Origin: Candidatus Bathyarchaeota archaeon
GTDB lineage: Archaea > Thermoproteota > Bathyarchaeia > Bathyarchaeales > Bathycorpusculaceae
Reading direction: 5' to 3'
DNA: 64,000 nucleotides
NCBI GenBank assembly: GCA_963733095.1
Contig: CAVTBV010000014.1
Location: 32,001-96,000, forward strand
Part shown: one piece after another, positions 1 to 9,713 of the stretch
Position numbering within the stretch: the stretch's first letter is position 1
Layout of the letters: each line of letters begins with the position of its first letter
Notes under the pieces: generated by a model
Databases searched by the model: none
Told to the model about the DNA's origin: nothing
The model's input: the letters and a program-made list of their open reading frames with translations, nothing else
Position numbers and translations under genes: made by a program

Positions 1-48
1 TCAAATGAGTTTTGATAATTTCATTTAAAAAAAGAAAAATGTTTCCGA

Positions 49-181
49 TTACAACTTTTTCTTTACCTTGTTGGCAACCTTTTTTGTTTCTTGAGCACCC
101 ATTAATCCGGCTTTCTTTGTTTCTTCGGAGGCTTTTTTGCTGCTTCTTCAGTTTTCTTCTTAGCTTTGCCTAAAAAGACAT
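49..181 (-). pseudogene. Small Lys/Ala/Glu-rich helical protein, reading frame broken at two homopolymer runs
   Basis: Manual translation gives MSFLGKAKKKTEEAAKKASEETKKAGLMGAQETKKVANKVKKKL only if one base is added to a T run and one to an A run; could be sequencing error. Confidence 0.45.
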
Positions 182-186
182 CTTGA

Positions 187-371
187 TTAATCCTTGGCTT
201 CAATTACCTTTGCTATTGCAGCTTTTTCTAAACAGATTCTACGCCGCCTACACAGCCTTCTTTTGAAGCGTATCCTTCACTGACCACAATTATTTCTCCG
301 TTAGCTGCTTTCAACCTAAAACGGTATTTTCCTGCTTTGTCTTTATACCACTCAAATATTGGTTCAGGCAT
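187..371 (-). pseudogene. YegP/DUF1508 family protein, frameshifted near C-terminus
   Basis: MPEPIFEWYKDKAGKYRFRLKAANGEIIVVSEGYASKEGCVGGVESV matches the DUF1508 pattern (FRLKAxNGEII..SEGY); one extra T restores the C-terminus. Confidence 0.75.
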
Positions 372-1300
372 AATATCACTGCTGATAAGTTTAATAAAAC
401 TCCTTTAAAACTTTGCGTAATTAATAAAAAAATACAGTAAAGATACCAAATTCACTAATCTTGCGTGAATAAATTTTATGATATAGAAAACCTATTCAAG
501 AAATGTGCCGGAGAACCAATCGAAGAAGGGGTCCTCATTTTCGAAAAATTAAAAAAAAAGTCTCCGCCTTAGAGGATCAATTATGCAAAAAAAATTCGAT
601 CCTATTATTCCTTTTCTATATTCATCTTACGGATTCAATTGAGACATGAATTCTTTCCATTTCAAGAAATTACTCAGGGTTATTCTCGTTTTCTAACATA
701 ATCTTTAGATTAGACTCATTGTCTGCTCTGAGTTTAGTTTTTACATTTTCATCTATTAGAATCACAGGAGATAAGAACCTCTTACTCGGTTTGAGCGCGT
801 AACGCCAATTTTCTGCAAATTGAACATCTTCAAACATGATTGCACACATCAAATCCAAACATCTCTATGGGTTCTAAGTTGAGTTGTGTGCGCAAACATT
901 ATTCCTACGTTAAAACCACATTAGCCAAAAAGCCTACCCAAGAAAGCAAACGTTTCCAAACCCCACGGTGTAGTGTGCAATCTTTAGGCGCCAACCCACA
1001 CAAAGACAAAAAAAGAAACACTGGCTTTAGAGCTTCTAACCAAACGCTGTGTAGATTTAAACGGCAAATGGAAAAATAAGGTTAAGAGCAATATGCTGGA
1101 CACTGTCGAGCAATACGCTGAAAGTTAAGCGTATTAGATTTTGCTAATTTAGCGAACTGTTCTTCGCTTATTGATAGAAGTTTTGGAAATTTAGTGAATT
1201 CTACTTTTCAAAAAAGTTTATTCCAGAAGTAGGGATATCACTAAATTGTAATTAGCACATAACTAAAATCAGAACAGAACGCATTAGGGGGAGACTTTGG

Positions 1301-1447
1301 GTGAAGTCAGAAGTGATTAATCCGAATCTGAAGAATAATCGCTACTATGGCGGAATCGCATTGTACCTACTAACTAACAAGGTCGAAAACAAGGCACAGA
1401 CGCAGGTCAAGTGTAAATATGAAACAAAACGAGAAGCAATTTACTAA
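1301..1447 (+). CDS. Possible 48-aa small ORF upstream of the KamA-family gene
   Basis: GTG start after GGGGAG; MKSEVINPNLKNNRYYGGIALYLLTNKVENKAQTQVKCKYETKREAIY; no family recognised. Confidence 0.25.
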   Translation: MKSEVINPNLKNNRYYGGIALYLLTNKVENKAQTQVKCKYETKREAIY

Positions 1448-1548
1448 GGCGTAGCAAAAAGAAACCCACAATTTCGAATTCTATTTTATGTGCCCGCCAG
1501 TTCAGTTAAGAAGATAAACGCACTGGTTAACAAAGGAGATTTGTCTAT

Positions 1549-2706
1549 ATGCTGGAGCATAAAGAATTAGAGAAAAGTATCTCCAACGTAAAGCAGCTCA
1601 AGAGGTACGTAGACCTTGCTCCTGATGAAGCAAAGATGCTGAAAAAAATAATTAGAGTTCATCCTATGCGCATAAGCCCATATTACTTATCGCTTATTGA
1701 CTGGAACGACCCCGATGACCCGATAAGAAAAATGGCAGTGCCTTCTGTTGAAGAGCTAAGCCTTGAAGGATCCTACGACACAAGTGGAGAAACAGAAAAT
1801 ACGGTAGTTCCCGGGCTGCAGCATAAATATTCTGAGACAGCTTTGATTTTAGCTACGAACCAGTGTGCAACATACTGCAGACACTGTTTTAGGAAACGCC
1901 TAGTGGGATTACCAAACGGGGAAATCCTGAGACGCTTTGAGTCTGCCGCCGCTTACGTAAAAAAACATAAGGAAATAAACAATGTTCTAATCAGCGGTGG
2001 AGATCCGTTTGTGCTTGAGAGTGAAATCATCAAGAGGTTCCTCGAAGTCTTGGATAGAATGAAGAATATTAGATTCATTAGGATTGGAAGCAGGGTTCCT
2101 GTTACACTTCCCGCGAGACTTTCTGATCCAAAGCTTCTTGCTATTTTAAAGAAATACTCGAGGAGAGACAGGAGATTGCATGTTGTGACTCATTTCAATC
2201 ACCCCCGAGAAATAACACCTCAATCCATAGGTGCCGTGAACAATCTGCTCGAAGCCGGAGTTTTAGTCAGCAACCAGACCGTTCTGTTGCGCGGAGTAAA
2301 CGAAAGTCCCAGCACACTTACAACCTTGATGAATAGACTCGTGGGAGTTGGAGTCGTGCCCTACTATATTTTCCAGTGTCGTCCAGTCAAGAGGGTCAAG
2401 CATCAATTCCAAGTTCCCTTATGCGAAGGATCTAAGATAGTGGAAAAAGCAAAAGCACAATGCAACGGGCTTGGCAAACGTTTCAAATATATTATGTCAC
2501 ATGTAACGGGGAAGTTGGAGATTCTTGGAATAATGGACAACGAGATTTATTTTAAATATCATGAAGCTAAGGACAGGGAGAACTTGGGCGCTATGTTCAA
2601 GTGCCAAGTAGATGAAAATGCAGGCTGGCTCGATGACTTTAGAGATGCAAAATGGTCTTCAGTCTTTAAACCAGAATATCCGCCCAATCTAACTGGTGCA
2701 AGCTAG
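1549..2706 (+). CDS. KamA-family radical SAM protein (aminomutase-like paralog)
   Basis: GLQHKY, CATYCRHCFRKR (CxxxCxxC), [25 protein letters not shown] motifs; GGAG upstream. Confidence 0.9.
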   Translation: MLEHKELEKSISNVKQLKRYVDLAPDEAKMLKKIIRVHPMRISPYYLSLIDWNDPDDPIRKMAVPSVEELSLEGSYDTSGETENTVVPGLQHKYSETALILATNQCATYCRHCFRKRLVGLPNGEILRRFESAAAYVKKHKEINNVLISGGDPFVLESEIIKRFLEVLDRMKNIRFIRIGSRVPVTLPARLSDPKLLAILKKYSRRDRRLHVVTHFNHPREITPQSIGAVNNLLEAGVLVSNQTVLLRGVNESPSTLTTLMNRLVGVGVVPYYIFQCRPVKRVKHQFQVPLCEGSKIVEKAKAQCNGLGKRFKYIMSHVTGKLEILGIMDNEIYFKYHEAKDRENLGAMFKCQVDENAGWLDDFRDAKWSSVFKPEYPPNLTGAS

Positions 2707-3043
2707 CTGAAGACTAGAAACACAACAAGTTAACTAAAAGAAGAAGAAGCACAAATTTTTCAACCTTCTTCTTCTACTACTAACCTCGTTTTAGCCTCGG
2801 AAACAAGTCCAATTTTTTTTCTTTTTCGATTGCTGATAGGTGTCTTACATCAAGCCTGCATATTCCCTTATCCCTTTAATCGTTGCAAACACAATAAAAT
2901 AAAGCACTTGACAGACTTCTATTCCATTGCTATTTCATCACCAATTAATCCTTTAAACGGCATCTATCCGAGCGGAAAGCAATAATTAACTGAATGACGT
3001 TGTCTTGTCAAATAAAAAAGCGATTTCAAGTTAAGAGGTCCTC

Positions 3044-4141
3044 TTGGTGAACTCTGAAGAGTTAATTTTCGGGAACAAACCGGCCAAAAGAAGAATTCAC
3101 AGACAAACCCGAAAATTCAGTTTCGTGCTCTACCAAGCATTTTATGGTCCGATTGCTTTTGCTAAAGCAGTTTACCGCCAAGTTATTTTGCTGGGCTTAG
3201 TTTTAATATGGGGCGCAGGGATTTTTTATTATTATGATCATTTACCTTTCTTGAGTTCTTTTCTCGCGTCAGTTTCAACGATTACAACCATCGGGTTGTA
3301 CGTTCCAAACGGCGGGAACTTTGTGACTTTGAATCACATGGAAGCGGTGCTCTTAATAATTATGATAATAATATCGGTGGGTGCAGGCGCATCGATAGTG
3401 CAAAGTAGCGTAAGTTTGCTGGCGGATGGTCATCTTGCGAAGAGCGAAGCAGAAAAGCAACTGATAAAGAGAATAAAAAAACACGTCATTGTCTTTGGTT
3501 ACAGCCACCTTGGTAGATATGTTATTGAAAAACTCGACGAGTTAGGCTTTGACTATGTAGTTATTACCAAAGACCCAAATATCTACAATGAGTTGATAAA
3601 AAAAGATGTCTTTGCCATACTTGAATATGAAACACAGCCCATAGTTGCACTGAAAGCTGCTGGAATAGAACGAGCGTCTATGGTTATTGTAGCTCATGAA
3701 AAAGACCCTGAAAACATGCTGACTATACTTAGTGCAAGAAAAATGCGTCCTGATATTAGAATAATCACAGTAGTTCACGATCAAACCCTCATAGAAACTG
3801 CTAAAAACGCAGGCGCCGACATGGTTATACCTTCTTCTGTTACAGTGGGACACTTACTTGCCCTCTCAGCCGTTACCAAAGACTTAGTGGGCGTAGTTTT
3901 CTCAGAAAAAATTGGGGCCCAAGAAATAGCGGAATTCTCGATCTTCAAGTCTTCCAAACTAATTGGGAAAGGGCTGCAGGAAATTTCAAAGGTTGTTGCT
4001 ATAATCGGGGTGGTCCGCGACGGCAAGATAGTGACTAGTCTCTTTGACCCAACTTTTACCTTGAAAGAAAACGATACCGTATTAGTCATAGGTGAGACCG
4101 ATAAACTTCAAAAAATCGAAAAAGAAGCAAATGCAATCTAG
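3044..4141 (+). CDS. 2TM ion channel with RCK (TrkA-N/TrkA-C) domains, MthK-like architecture
   Basis: Two TM helices around pore segment STITTIGLY; HVIVFGYSHLG Rossmann motif; C-terminal TrkA-C (LKENDTVLVIG). Confidence 0.85.
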   Translation: MVNSEELIFGNKPAKRRIHRQTRKFSFVLYQAFYGPIAFAKAVYRQVILLGLVLIWGAGIFYYYDHLPFLSSFLASVSTITTIGLYVPNGGNFVTLNHMEAVLLIIMIIISVGAGASIVQSSVSLLADGHLAKSEAEKQLIKRIKKHVIVFGYSHLGRYVIEKLDELGFDYVVITKDPNIYNELIKKDVFAILEYETQPIVALKAAGIERASMVIVAHEKDPENMLTILSARKMRPDIRIITVVHDQTLIETAKNAGADMVIPSSVTVGHLLALSAVTKDLVGVVFSEKIGAQEIAEFSIFKSSKLIGKGLQEISKVVAIIGVVRDGKIVTSLFDPTFTLKENDTVLVIGETDKLQKIEKEANAI

Positions 4142-4263
4142 AAGATTCTGAATCCCGCGTCTATGGTTTTTGCAAAATTAGTCTCTTGGTACCCGGTCTT
4201 TGTGGGTTGGAACTGCAATTTGAAAGTAATCTTTTATTTATCTTAAAGTAACCAATAACTTGC

Positions 4264-4737
4264 ATGGCAAAAGACGAGATCCCCGTAGTTATCGAAAAAG
4301 TTAATGCAGAAACTTTCGATAATTTTCTGGGTTTAATCAATAAGCTTGCTGAATACGAGAAACTTTCTCCACCTGATGAAGATGCAAAAAGAAGGTTACT
4401 GCGAGACTGTTTATCTGACAAACCCAAATATCAAGCGTTTATCGGAAAAATCGGCGACAAATACGTTTCTTACATGATTTTTTTCTTTACCTATTCGAGT
4501 TTCCTTGCACTGCCAACGCTCTTTCTGGAAGACATCTTTGTACTTGAAGCGTATCGAAGACACGAGGTGGGCAAAAAAATGTTCAACTTCCTAAAAGCCA
4601 CAGCTAAACGCGAAGGATGTGGCAGAATAGAGTTTACGGTTTTGAAATGGAACACGCCCGCGCAAAAATTCTATCAAAAGAACAGAGCCCAACGCTTAGA
4701 ATGGTACTTGTATCGTTTGGTAAGGGAAGATTTTTAG
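4264..4737 (+). CDS. GNAT N-acetyltransferase (spermidine/diamine acetyltransferase-like)
   Basis: LAEYEKL, FFTYSSF, LFLEDIFVLEAYRR, VLKWN motifs. Confidence 0.85.
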   Translation: MAKDEIPVVIEKVNAETFDNFLGLINKLAEYEKLSPPDEDAKRRLLRDCLSDKPKYQAFIGKIGDKYVSYMIFFFTYSSFLALPTLFLEDIFVLEAYRRHEVGKKMFNFLKATAKREGCGRIEFTVLKWNTPAQKFYQKNRAQRLEWYLYRLVREDF

Positions 4738-5603
4738 TTTGGCATACTTGAGGGTTGGGCTGCTTTTCTTTGCAGAAACGTGTTCACAGCATCTATGAGC
4801 GCTTCACAAGCAAACCATCGCTCTTCCAAGGAACCATCTGTCTCCAATGTTTGGATTATTCTGCGGAATTTCTTTATCTCCTCCAGTACAGGTTCCCTTT
4901 TTCTGTCATACTCAGCCCGCAGTTCCTTTTGCTTGGCATTAAAATCCAGCATAACCAATTCAAGTTCCGCCTGCTTATCATTTAATTCCTGCACTATAAC
5001 CATCTCTTTCTGTTCCCTATCTTTTTTAGAAACACCGCGGAAAAACCCCGTTTTCATCCGAATAATCTTATCCTGCTCTTTTTTCAGGTGGTTTATGGTA
5101 CTGTATAGAAGCTTGATTTCGCTTTTTCTTTGACTTTGAATGTTTCCCGTCAAAGTTGCGTATTCTCCGTTGATTTGTTTTAGGCGACTTCTCCAATCTG
5201 TTAGATTCTTTAGTTCTTGATCAAGTGCAACTTCTTTGCGGCGCATGGCTTCAAGTTGAAACTTAATGCTGGCAAGTGCCTGCGCACGCTCCATCAGGAA
5301 TTGTTCATCTGCACCTACGTTTGGGTGTGACTCAAACTCGCTTAGAACATCTGTTACGTTTGTTAGCCAACGGTCAAAGTGCTCGCTGTACGGGGTAGAA
5401 CCAAACTTTTGGATGCCCAACGTATGCAACCGTTTGAGGGTTAATTCCGAAATTTCTCTTTCCGTTAAACTATGCTTCTCTTCCAGTATCGGCTTTTCAA
5501 TGCCTTTACGGATGCGTTTTCTATCCTTCCTTTTTTCGCGAAGAGGTTTTTTGTATCCGTGAATTGGACCTCTGGGCGGTTTCGCGCGAGGTTGGTATCC
5601 CAT
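4734..5603 (-). CDS. Hypothetical coiled-coil protein with basic N-terminus
   Basis: 289-aa ORF, long charged heptad-like central region. Confidence 0.7.
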   Translation of the reverse strand: MGYQPRAKPPRGPIHGYKKPLREKRKDRKRIRKGIEKPILEEKHSLTEREISELTLKRLHTLGIQKFGSTPYSEHFDRWLTNVTDVLSEFESHPNVGADEQFLMERAQALASIKFQLEAMRRKEVALDQELKNLTDWRSRLKQINGEYATLTGNIQSQRKSEIKLLYSTINHLKKEQDKIIRMKTGFFRGVSKKDREQKEMVIVQELNDKQAELELVMLDFNAKQKELRAEYDRKREPVLEEIKKFRRIIQTLETDGSLEERWFACEALIDAVNTFLQRKAAQPSSMPN

Positions 5604-5787
5604 AAACAGAACGTAGCACTCTTGAAGTATTTACTTTGTGCCTAACTGACTCTTAGTATCCTTATCAATAAATCAAAATAAGTGAAAGCGGAGGATCCGT
5701 CGTTTAAAGATCCAAGTACCCATTGTTTTTCGCTCAAACCACAAACGTAATAAGTTTATCTTGCAAAGAAGAATCGGTGAAATGATT

Positions 5788-6285
5788 ATGCCAAAGTTTA
5801 CAGTTAACCCTAGCCGAATTGACCCATATAAGAAATTCAAGTTCATAGTAAAGTGGGATGGTAAAATCGTTGCTGGCGTCTCCAAGATGAGTCCGCTGAA
5901 ACGAACCACAGACGTCATCCTACACAGGGACGGAGGCGACGCTAACGTGGATCGGAAATCCCCCGGTAAAACCCATTATGACGCTATAACTCTGGAGCGG
6001 GGTGTAACTCATGATCTTGAGTTTGAAGGTTGGGCGAATTTGGTGTTTAATAAAAACAGTGGGTCGATGTCTCTTAAGAACTTCCGAAAAGACTTAGTCA
6101 TCGAATTACTCAACGAAGCGGGCGTTCCAGTGATAGCCTACAAGGTTTATAGAAGCTGGGTCTCAGAGTACACTGCGCTGCCTGAATTGGATGCAGGCGA
6201 AAACGCAGTTGCCATACAAAGCATAACCATCCAGCACGAAGGCTGGGAAAGAGACACTGGAGTCGTTGAACCCAAAGAAACATAG
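5788..6285 (+). CDS. Phage/eCIS tail tube protein (T4 gp19-like, Afp1/Afp5 family)
   Basis: DPYKKFKFIVKWDG, PGKTHYDAITLERGVT, FRKDLVIELLNEAG, WVSEYTALPELDA..NAVAIQSITIQHEGW; GGTGA precedes ATG 5788. Confidence 0.92.
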   Translation: MPKFTVNPSRIDPYKKFKFIVKWDGKIVAGVSKMSPLKRTTDVILHRDGGDANVDRKSPGKTHYDAITLERGVTHDLEFEGWANLVFNKNSGSMSLKNFRKDLVIELLNEAGVPVIAYKVYRSWVSEYTALPELDAGENAVAIQSITIQHEGWERDTGVVEPKET

Positions 6286-6306
6286 AACCGCAGGTAGGAT
6301 ACGCAC

Positions 6307-6981
6307 TTGCCAAACATCAATAGAGGAACCCTGATTCTGCTCGCCCCAAACGCCAAAGACGCCTCCATCTCTCAACAGAACGTTTTCTTTGTCTTCCAAT
6401 ACAACCCCGAAAAATTACTCCACACCTTCAACCAATCACTGCCCTCTGCCTTAGCTGCAAACACTTCGGACCCGCAGTGGTTCCCATCTGAGCTCTTCAA
6501 CTTAACCTTTGAACTCGACAGCACTGACCTTGACCCACCAGCTCAAAACCAGACCCTTACAAACTTTGGTGTCCATCCAGCTTTAGCCATGCTAGAGCTA
6601 ATGATGCAACCTCAAGTGGTAGGCAAACAAACATCGTTGCCCATTGTTGTGTTCAAATGGGGTTCAAATCGGTCGGTACCGGTTCGTTTGATCAGCATGA
6701 GCGTCGAAGAACAATCCTTCGATGTAATCTTGAACCCAACTCGCGCCATGGTCAGTTTGACGCTAAGAGTGCTTGATGCTTCCGAAGTCAACGGCAACCC
6801 CGGTGCCCAAAGCGTCTTTTCAAGTCATCAAGGCGTTCGAGCTACGTTGGTTGATGCGTATAAGCTGCAAACTGGGCAGGCGACCTTTGTTGGTGGTGTT
6901 GGGGTTGCAGGCGCCAGCAGAGTGTCAAGTGATGGGGGTTCTGTAGCTAGCGTTTTGGGCGTTCGAAAGAAAAGTGCTTGA
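6307..6981 (+). CDS. Contractile injection system tube-initiator-like protein (CIS_tube/Afp7-related)
   Basis: FQYNPEKL, FELDSTD, GVHPALAMLELM, PIVVFKWG..RSVPVR, EEQSFDVILNPTRAMVSLTLRVL resemble eCIS-locus proteins; TTG start 21 nt after the tube gene. Confidence 0.75.
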   Translation: MPNINRGTLILLAPNAKDASISQQNVFFVFQYNPEKLLHTFNQSLPSALAANTSDPQWFPSELFNLTFELDSTDLDPPAQNQTLTNFGVHPALAMLELMMQPQVVGKQTSLPIVVFKWGSNRSVPVRLISMSVEEQSFDVILNPTRAMVSLTLRVLDASEVNGNPGAQSVFSSHQGVRATLVDAYKLQTGQATFVGGVGVAGASRVSSDGGSVASVLGVRKKSA

Positions 6982-7306
6982 TTCAACCTTTTTAGAAAAA
7001 ATAGGCAGGCTGGGCGAATATTTCAAATCGCTCGGCACCGCTTTCATAAATCATCTAGCTTTTCTGTATTAGTTTTTGTTTTAGATGCTTAATCTATAAT
7101 TTACTTCCTGATGTTTTCAACCGATTCGGCGACAGAAAGTAACCCCCACCTCTCCCGAAAGGTGCTTAAGGGCTTGTTTGCTCTCACAAGAGCATTGAAA
7201 AATACCGAAAGTTAAACTTCACGAGATTTTTCTGCAAAAATCAATTTTGTTTTTCTTAAATTTTGTTTGCTAACATTTAAATCAGGCGTTTAAATGCTTA
7301 GTTGAC

Positions 7307-7394
7307 TGGTGAGGAGCGCCTGTGAAGCGGTTGAATTGCCCCTCTCCCTTTCAATTGGGGTTTTTTCAATCGCGAAGGAGGAACAGACTCACCA
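7307..7394 (+). ncRNA. Candidate structured small RNA (long interrupted hairpin)
   Basis: Nested complementarity TGGTGAG/CTCACCA, CTGT/ACAG, GCGGTTGAA/TTCAATCGC, CCCC/GGGG; TTTAAA ~25 nt upstream; pyrimidine tract downstream. Confidence 0.45.
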
Positions 7395-7401
7395 TTTCTC
7401 T

Positions 7402-7842
7402 CTATCCGCGGTTACCATAACTCTTGTTCATGCAGTCTTGGCAGTAATTTCGCTTGAACCGTTTTATCCGCTTTGGCTGAAAGGGTTTTCCGCATGAACT
7501 GCACTTTATCTGGTTGACAGTTTTGGGGTCGAGTAGTTTGAGTCTTCTTTCAATCTCGCTTCTAACATCCACATCGTTTTCACTAACTAACGCATGAGTT
7601 AGAAGCATTTTGGCTTGTTCTTCACTTTGCTCCCCAAACATTTTGGAAAACACGTTGTTCTTTTTCTGATCCACACTTATCTGAGAGGGCAACATGCAGA
7701 TAAAATTCGACGGGTAACTCTTCGATTTATCTGAGTCGACTACGGCAAAGCGGTAATGTCTGCCCACATAGTTGCCCTCGACGTTATCTTGAGTGAATAT
7801 CTGTAACTTGAACTTCATGATGAACCCATATATAGAAAACAC
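7402..7842 (-). CDS. Hypothetical protein with C-terminal zinc finger
   Basis: CSSCG...YCQDC; true start may be the internal Met (MKFKLQ). Confidence 0.7.
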   Translation of the reverse strand: MFSIYGFIMKFKLQIFTQDNVEGNYVGRHYRFAVVDSDKSKSYPSNFICMLPSQISVDQKKNNVFSKMFGEQSEEQAKMLLTHALVSENDVDVRSEIERRLKLLDPKTVNQIKCSSCGKPFQPKRIKRFKRNYCQDCMNKSYGNRG

Positions 7843-7929
7843 CTGCCAAGCTAATATCTCTTAGTTCTCAAGAAACCCAAATGCCGCTGTAAAAAGTCAT
7901 CAATTATGGCAAAACCCTGGAAATAATCG

Positions 7930-8859
7930 TTATTTGGCTTGCTGTTTTGCTAAATCCTTAGAGTCGCCAAAAATTTTCGTGTAACCAAGTGCTGAAACCA
8001 TTTCTTTAAAGTGGACAGCGATTAGTGCCATTAACGTTAGGAAGGGTATGTACGAGTAATAATAAAGGGGTGTTGTTATGCCTGAGCCAACAACCATGTT
8101 CACGAATCCCGAGCCCATACCTGGATAAAGAAGCATTAGATTCGATATGGCCAATGCGCCGATTCCACTTGCAGCTGCGACTTTGAGGTTCTTGCGGTTG
8201 TACCAAATGAAAAGAGGAATTGCTAATAAACCAAATCTCACGTCAAAAAAACCAAATGCCAATGCAATTCCTGACAGGACTGGCCTGCCTCGGCTGCCAA
8301 GGTAGAAGCTGAGCAGAAGCAGGAAAGTTAGGAAGACTTTGGCTTGTCCTTCTCCCCATTGCCAGTAGTAACTTAGGGACAGCCCTTTATCCGCGGCTGG
8401 GAAAGGCAGCAACAAGGCAATGGTTATCACCGTCAAGGTTATGGCAAGATGTTTGTTGCTTATGAGTTTGTAGATTAAAAATGCCATTACGGGAAGAAGC
8501 ATAAACTGGATTATGTCAAAAGTCAGGAGTGCCTGCTGATAATCCAGAGTGAGGAGAGGTGAGACAACTACCAGAAAAGAGGGTAGGTACTTGTATGCTT
8601 CTGGATGTGGCGGAGTGATTGGTTCTGTACCGCCTAAAGCGCCGAAATGGTAAATCTGGGCTGGGGTATGCCAGAGTCTCCAAGCGCCCACGTAGTAGGC
8701 TGAGAAATCTTTTGACAGTATTGTGCCCGAAGTGGTGATGCCTGGGCTGGGCGTGTAGGTTTCTGGATAAGCAACCACGAATGTGTATAAGTTTAGAGTA
8801 ATTAGCACGGCAACTCCGATGATGAGGAGCGTTTTGATTGTACGGGGTTGAGGTGTCAT
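7930..8859 (-). CDS. GT-C fold membrane glycosyltransferase (GT87/DUF2029-like)
   Basis: DFSAYY, YKYLP, WGEGQ motifs, multiple TM helices; paralog of 25205..26215. Confidence 0.7.
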   Translation of the reverse strand: MTPQPRTIKTLLIIGVAVLITLNLYTFVVAYPETYTPSPGITTSGTILSKDFSAYYVGAWRLWHTPAQIYHFGALGGTEPITPPHPEAYKYLPSFLVVVSPLLTLDYQQALLTFDIIQFMLLPVMAFLIYKLISNKHLAITLTVITIALLLPFPAADKGLSLSYYWQWGEGQAKVFLTFLLLLSFYLGSRGRPVLSGIALAFGFFDVRFGLLAIPLFIWYNRKNLKVAAASGIGALAISNLMLLYPGMGSGFVNMVVGSGITTPLYYYSYIPFLTLMALIAVHFKEMVSALGYTKIFGDSKDLAKQQAK

Positions 8860-9003
8860 TTTTCTCAGCAGTCAGGTGTTTATGGTTTTATTTCACTGTG
8901 CTGGAAACTTTTATACTTGGTTATTATTACGTCGTCAAATCATTTCCGAAAAATCGTGTTACAAATGTAATACGTGCAAAAATGCTTTTATTCAATCTCC
9001 ACC

Positions 9004-9633
9004 ATGAAGCCATCAACTGCTCAAACCCAAGGATTGAATATTAAAATGATGCAAAAACAAAGTAGTGCAAAACGAGCCTCAATAATCGCTATGACAACAG
9101 CACTATACATTGTATTCTTCTTCCTCTCATACTCCGTAACACTGCCAAACTTCACCCTCCTTTACCTGCCAATTATTCTGCTCGGTGTCTTTCCAATTTG
9201 GTTTGGCTGGAGCGGACTAGTGGGCGCAATGATCGGAGGATTCATAGGCGGCGCTTTCGTAGAAGGCTTAGGTTTTCTAGGTATATTCGAATCAGTCGTG
9301 GCGCTTATCATATACGTAATCAACTGGACACTTATTCCCAAAAAAGCCGCTGAAGATGGAAACAAACTCAACTTAATAGGTCTTTTAAGCGTGCTAACTG
9401 TGAGTTTGCTCGTTGGTACAAGCTACATTCTCCTACAATACACTGTTATGCCTCAGCTCTTCACAGTCTCAGAGTCCTTGGTCATTCTGGTTCCAACCTT
9501 CTTGATTAACCTGCCAATTGTATTGATTACTTGTCCGCTACTGATTAGAACAGTGTCTCCTAAATTAAGAACATGGGGGATGTACTCTGGGAGCTTTGCT
9601 GAATGGCGAAGTCGTAACACGAAACCAACGTAA
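9004..9633 (+). CDS. Integral membrane protein, ECF S-component/QueT-like
   Basis: IAMTTALY, PIWFGWSGLVGAMIGGFIG, about six TM segments; start uncertain. Confidence 0.55.
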   Translation: MKPSTAQTQGLNIKMMQKQSSAKRASIIAMTTALYIVFFFLSYSVTLPNFTLLYLPIILLGVFPIWFGWSGLVGAMIGGFIGGAFVEGLGFLGIFESVVALIIYVINWTLIPKKAAEDGNKLNLIGLLSVLTVSLLVGTSYILLQYTVMPQLFTVSESLVILVPTFLINLPIVLITCPLLIRTVSPKLRTWGMYSGSFAEWRSRNTKPT

Positions 9634-9713
9634 TTTTATCCAACTTTTCTTTTTTCTTAAACTTAGAAAATATTTTTAAGTTTTCGACAACTAAAGCAAC
9701 TGAGCGACAAAGC

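Noticed and set aside
670-1079. ORFs 670..858 and 840..1079
   Set aside because: Short, no recognisable motifs or clear ribosome-binding site; probably spurious or degraded
5788-6981. Prophage
   Set aside because: No capsid, terminase, portal, integrase or att repeats; flanks are host-type genes
7309-7497. 62-aa ORF over the hairpin
   Set aside because: Overlaps the convergent zinc-finger gene; sequence is better explained by secondary structure
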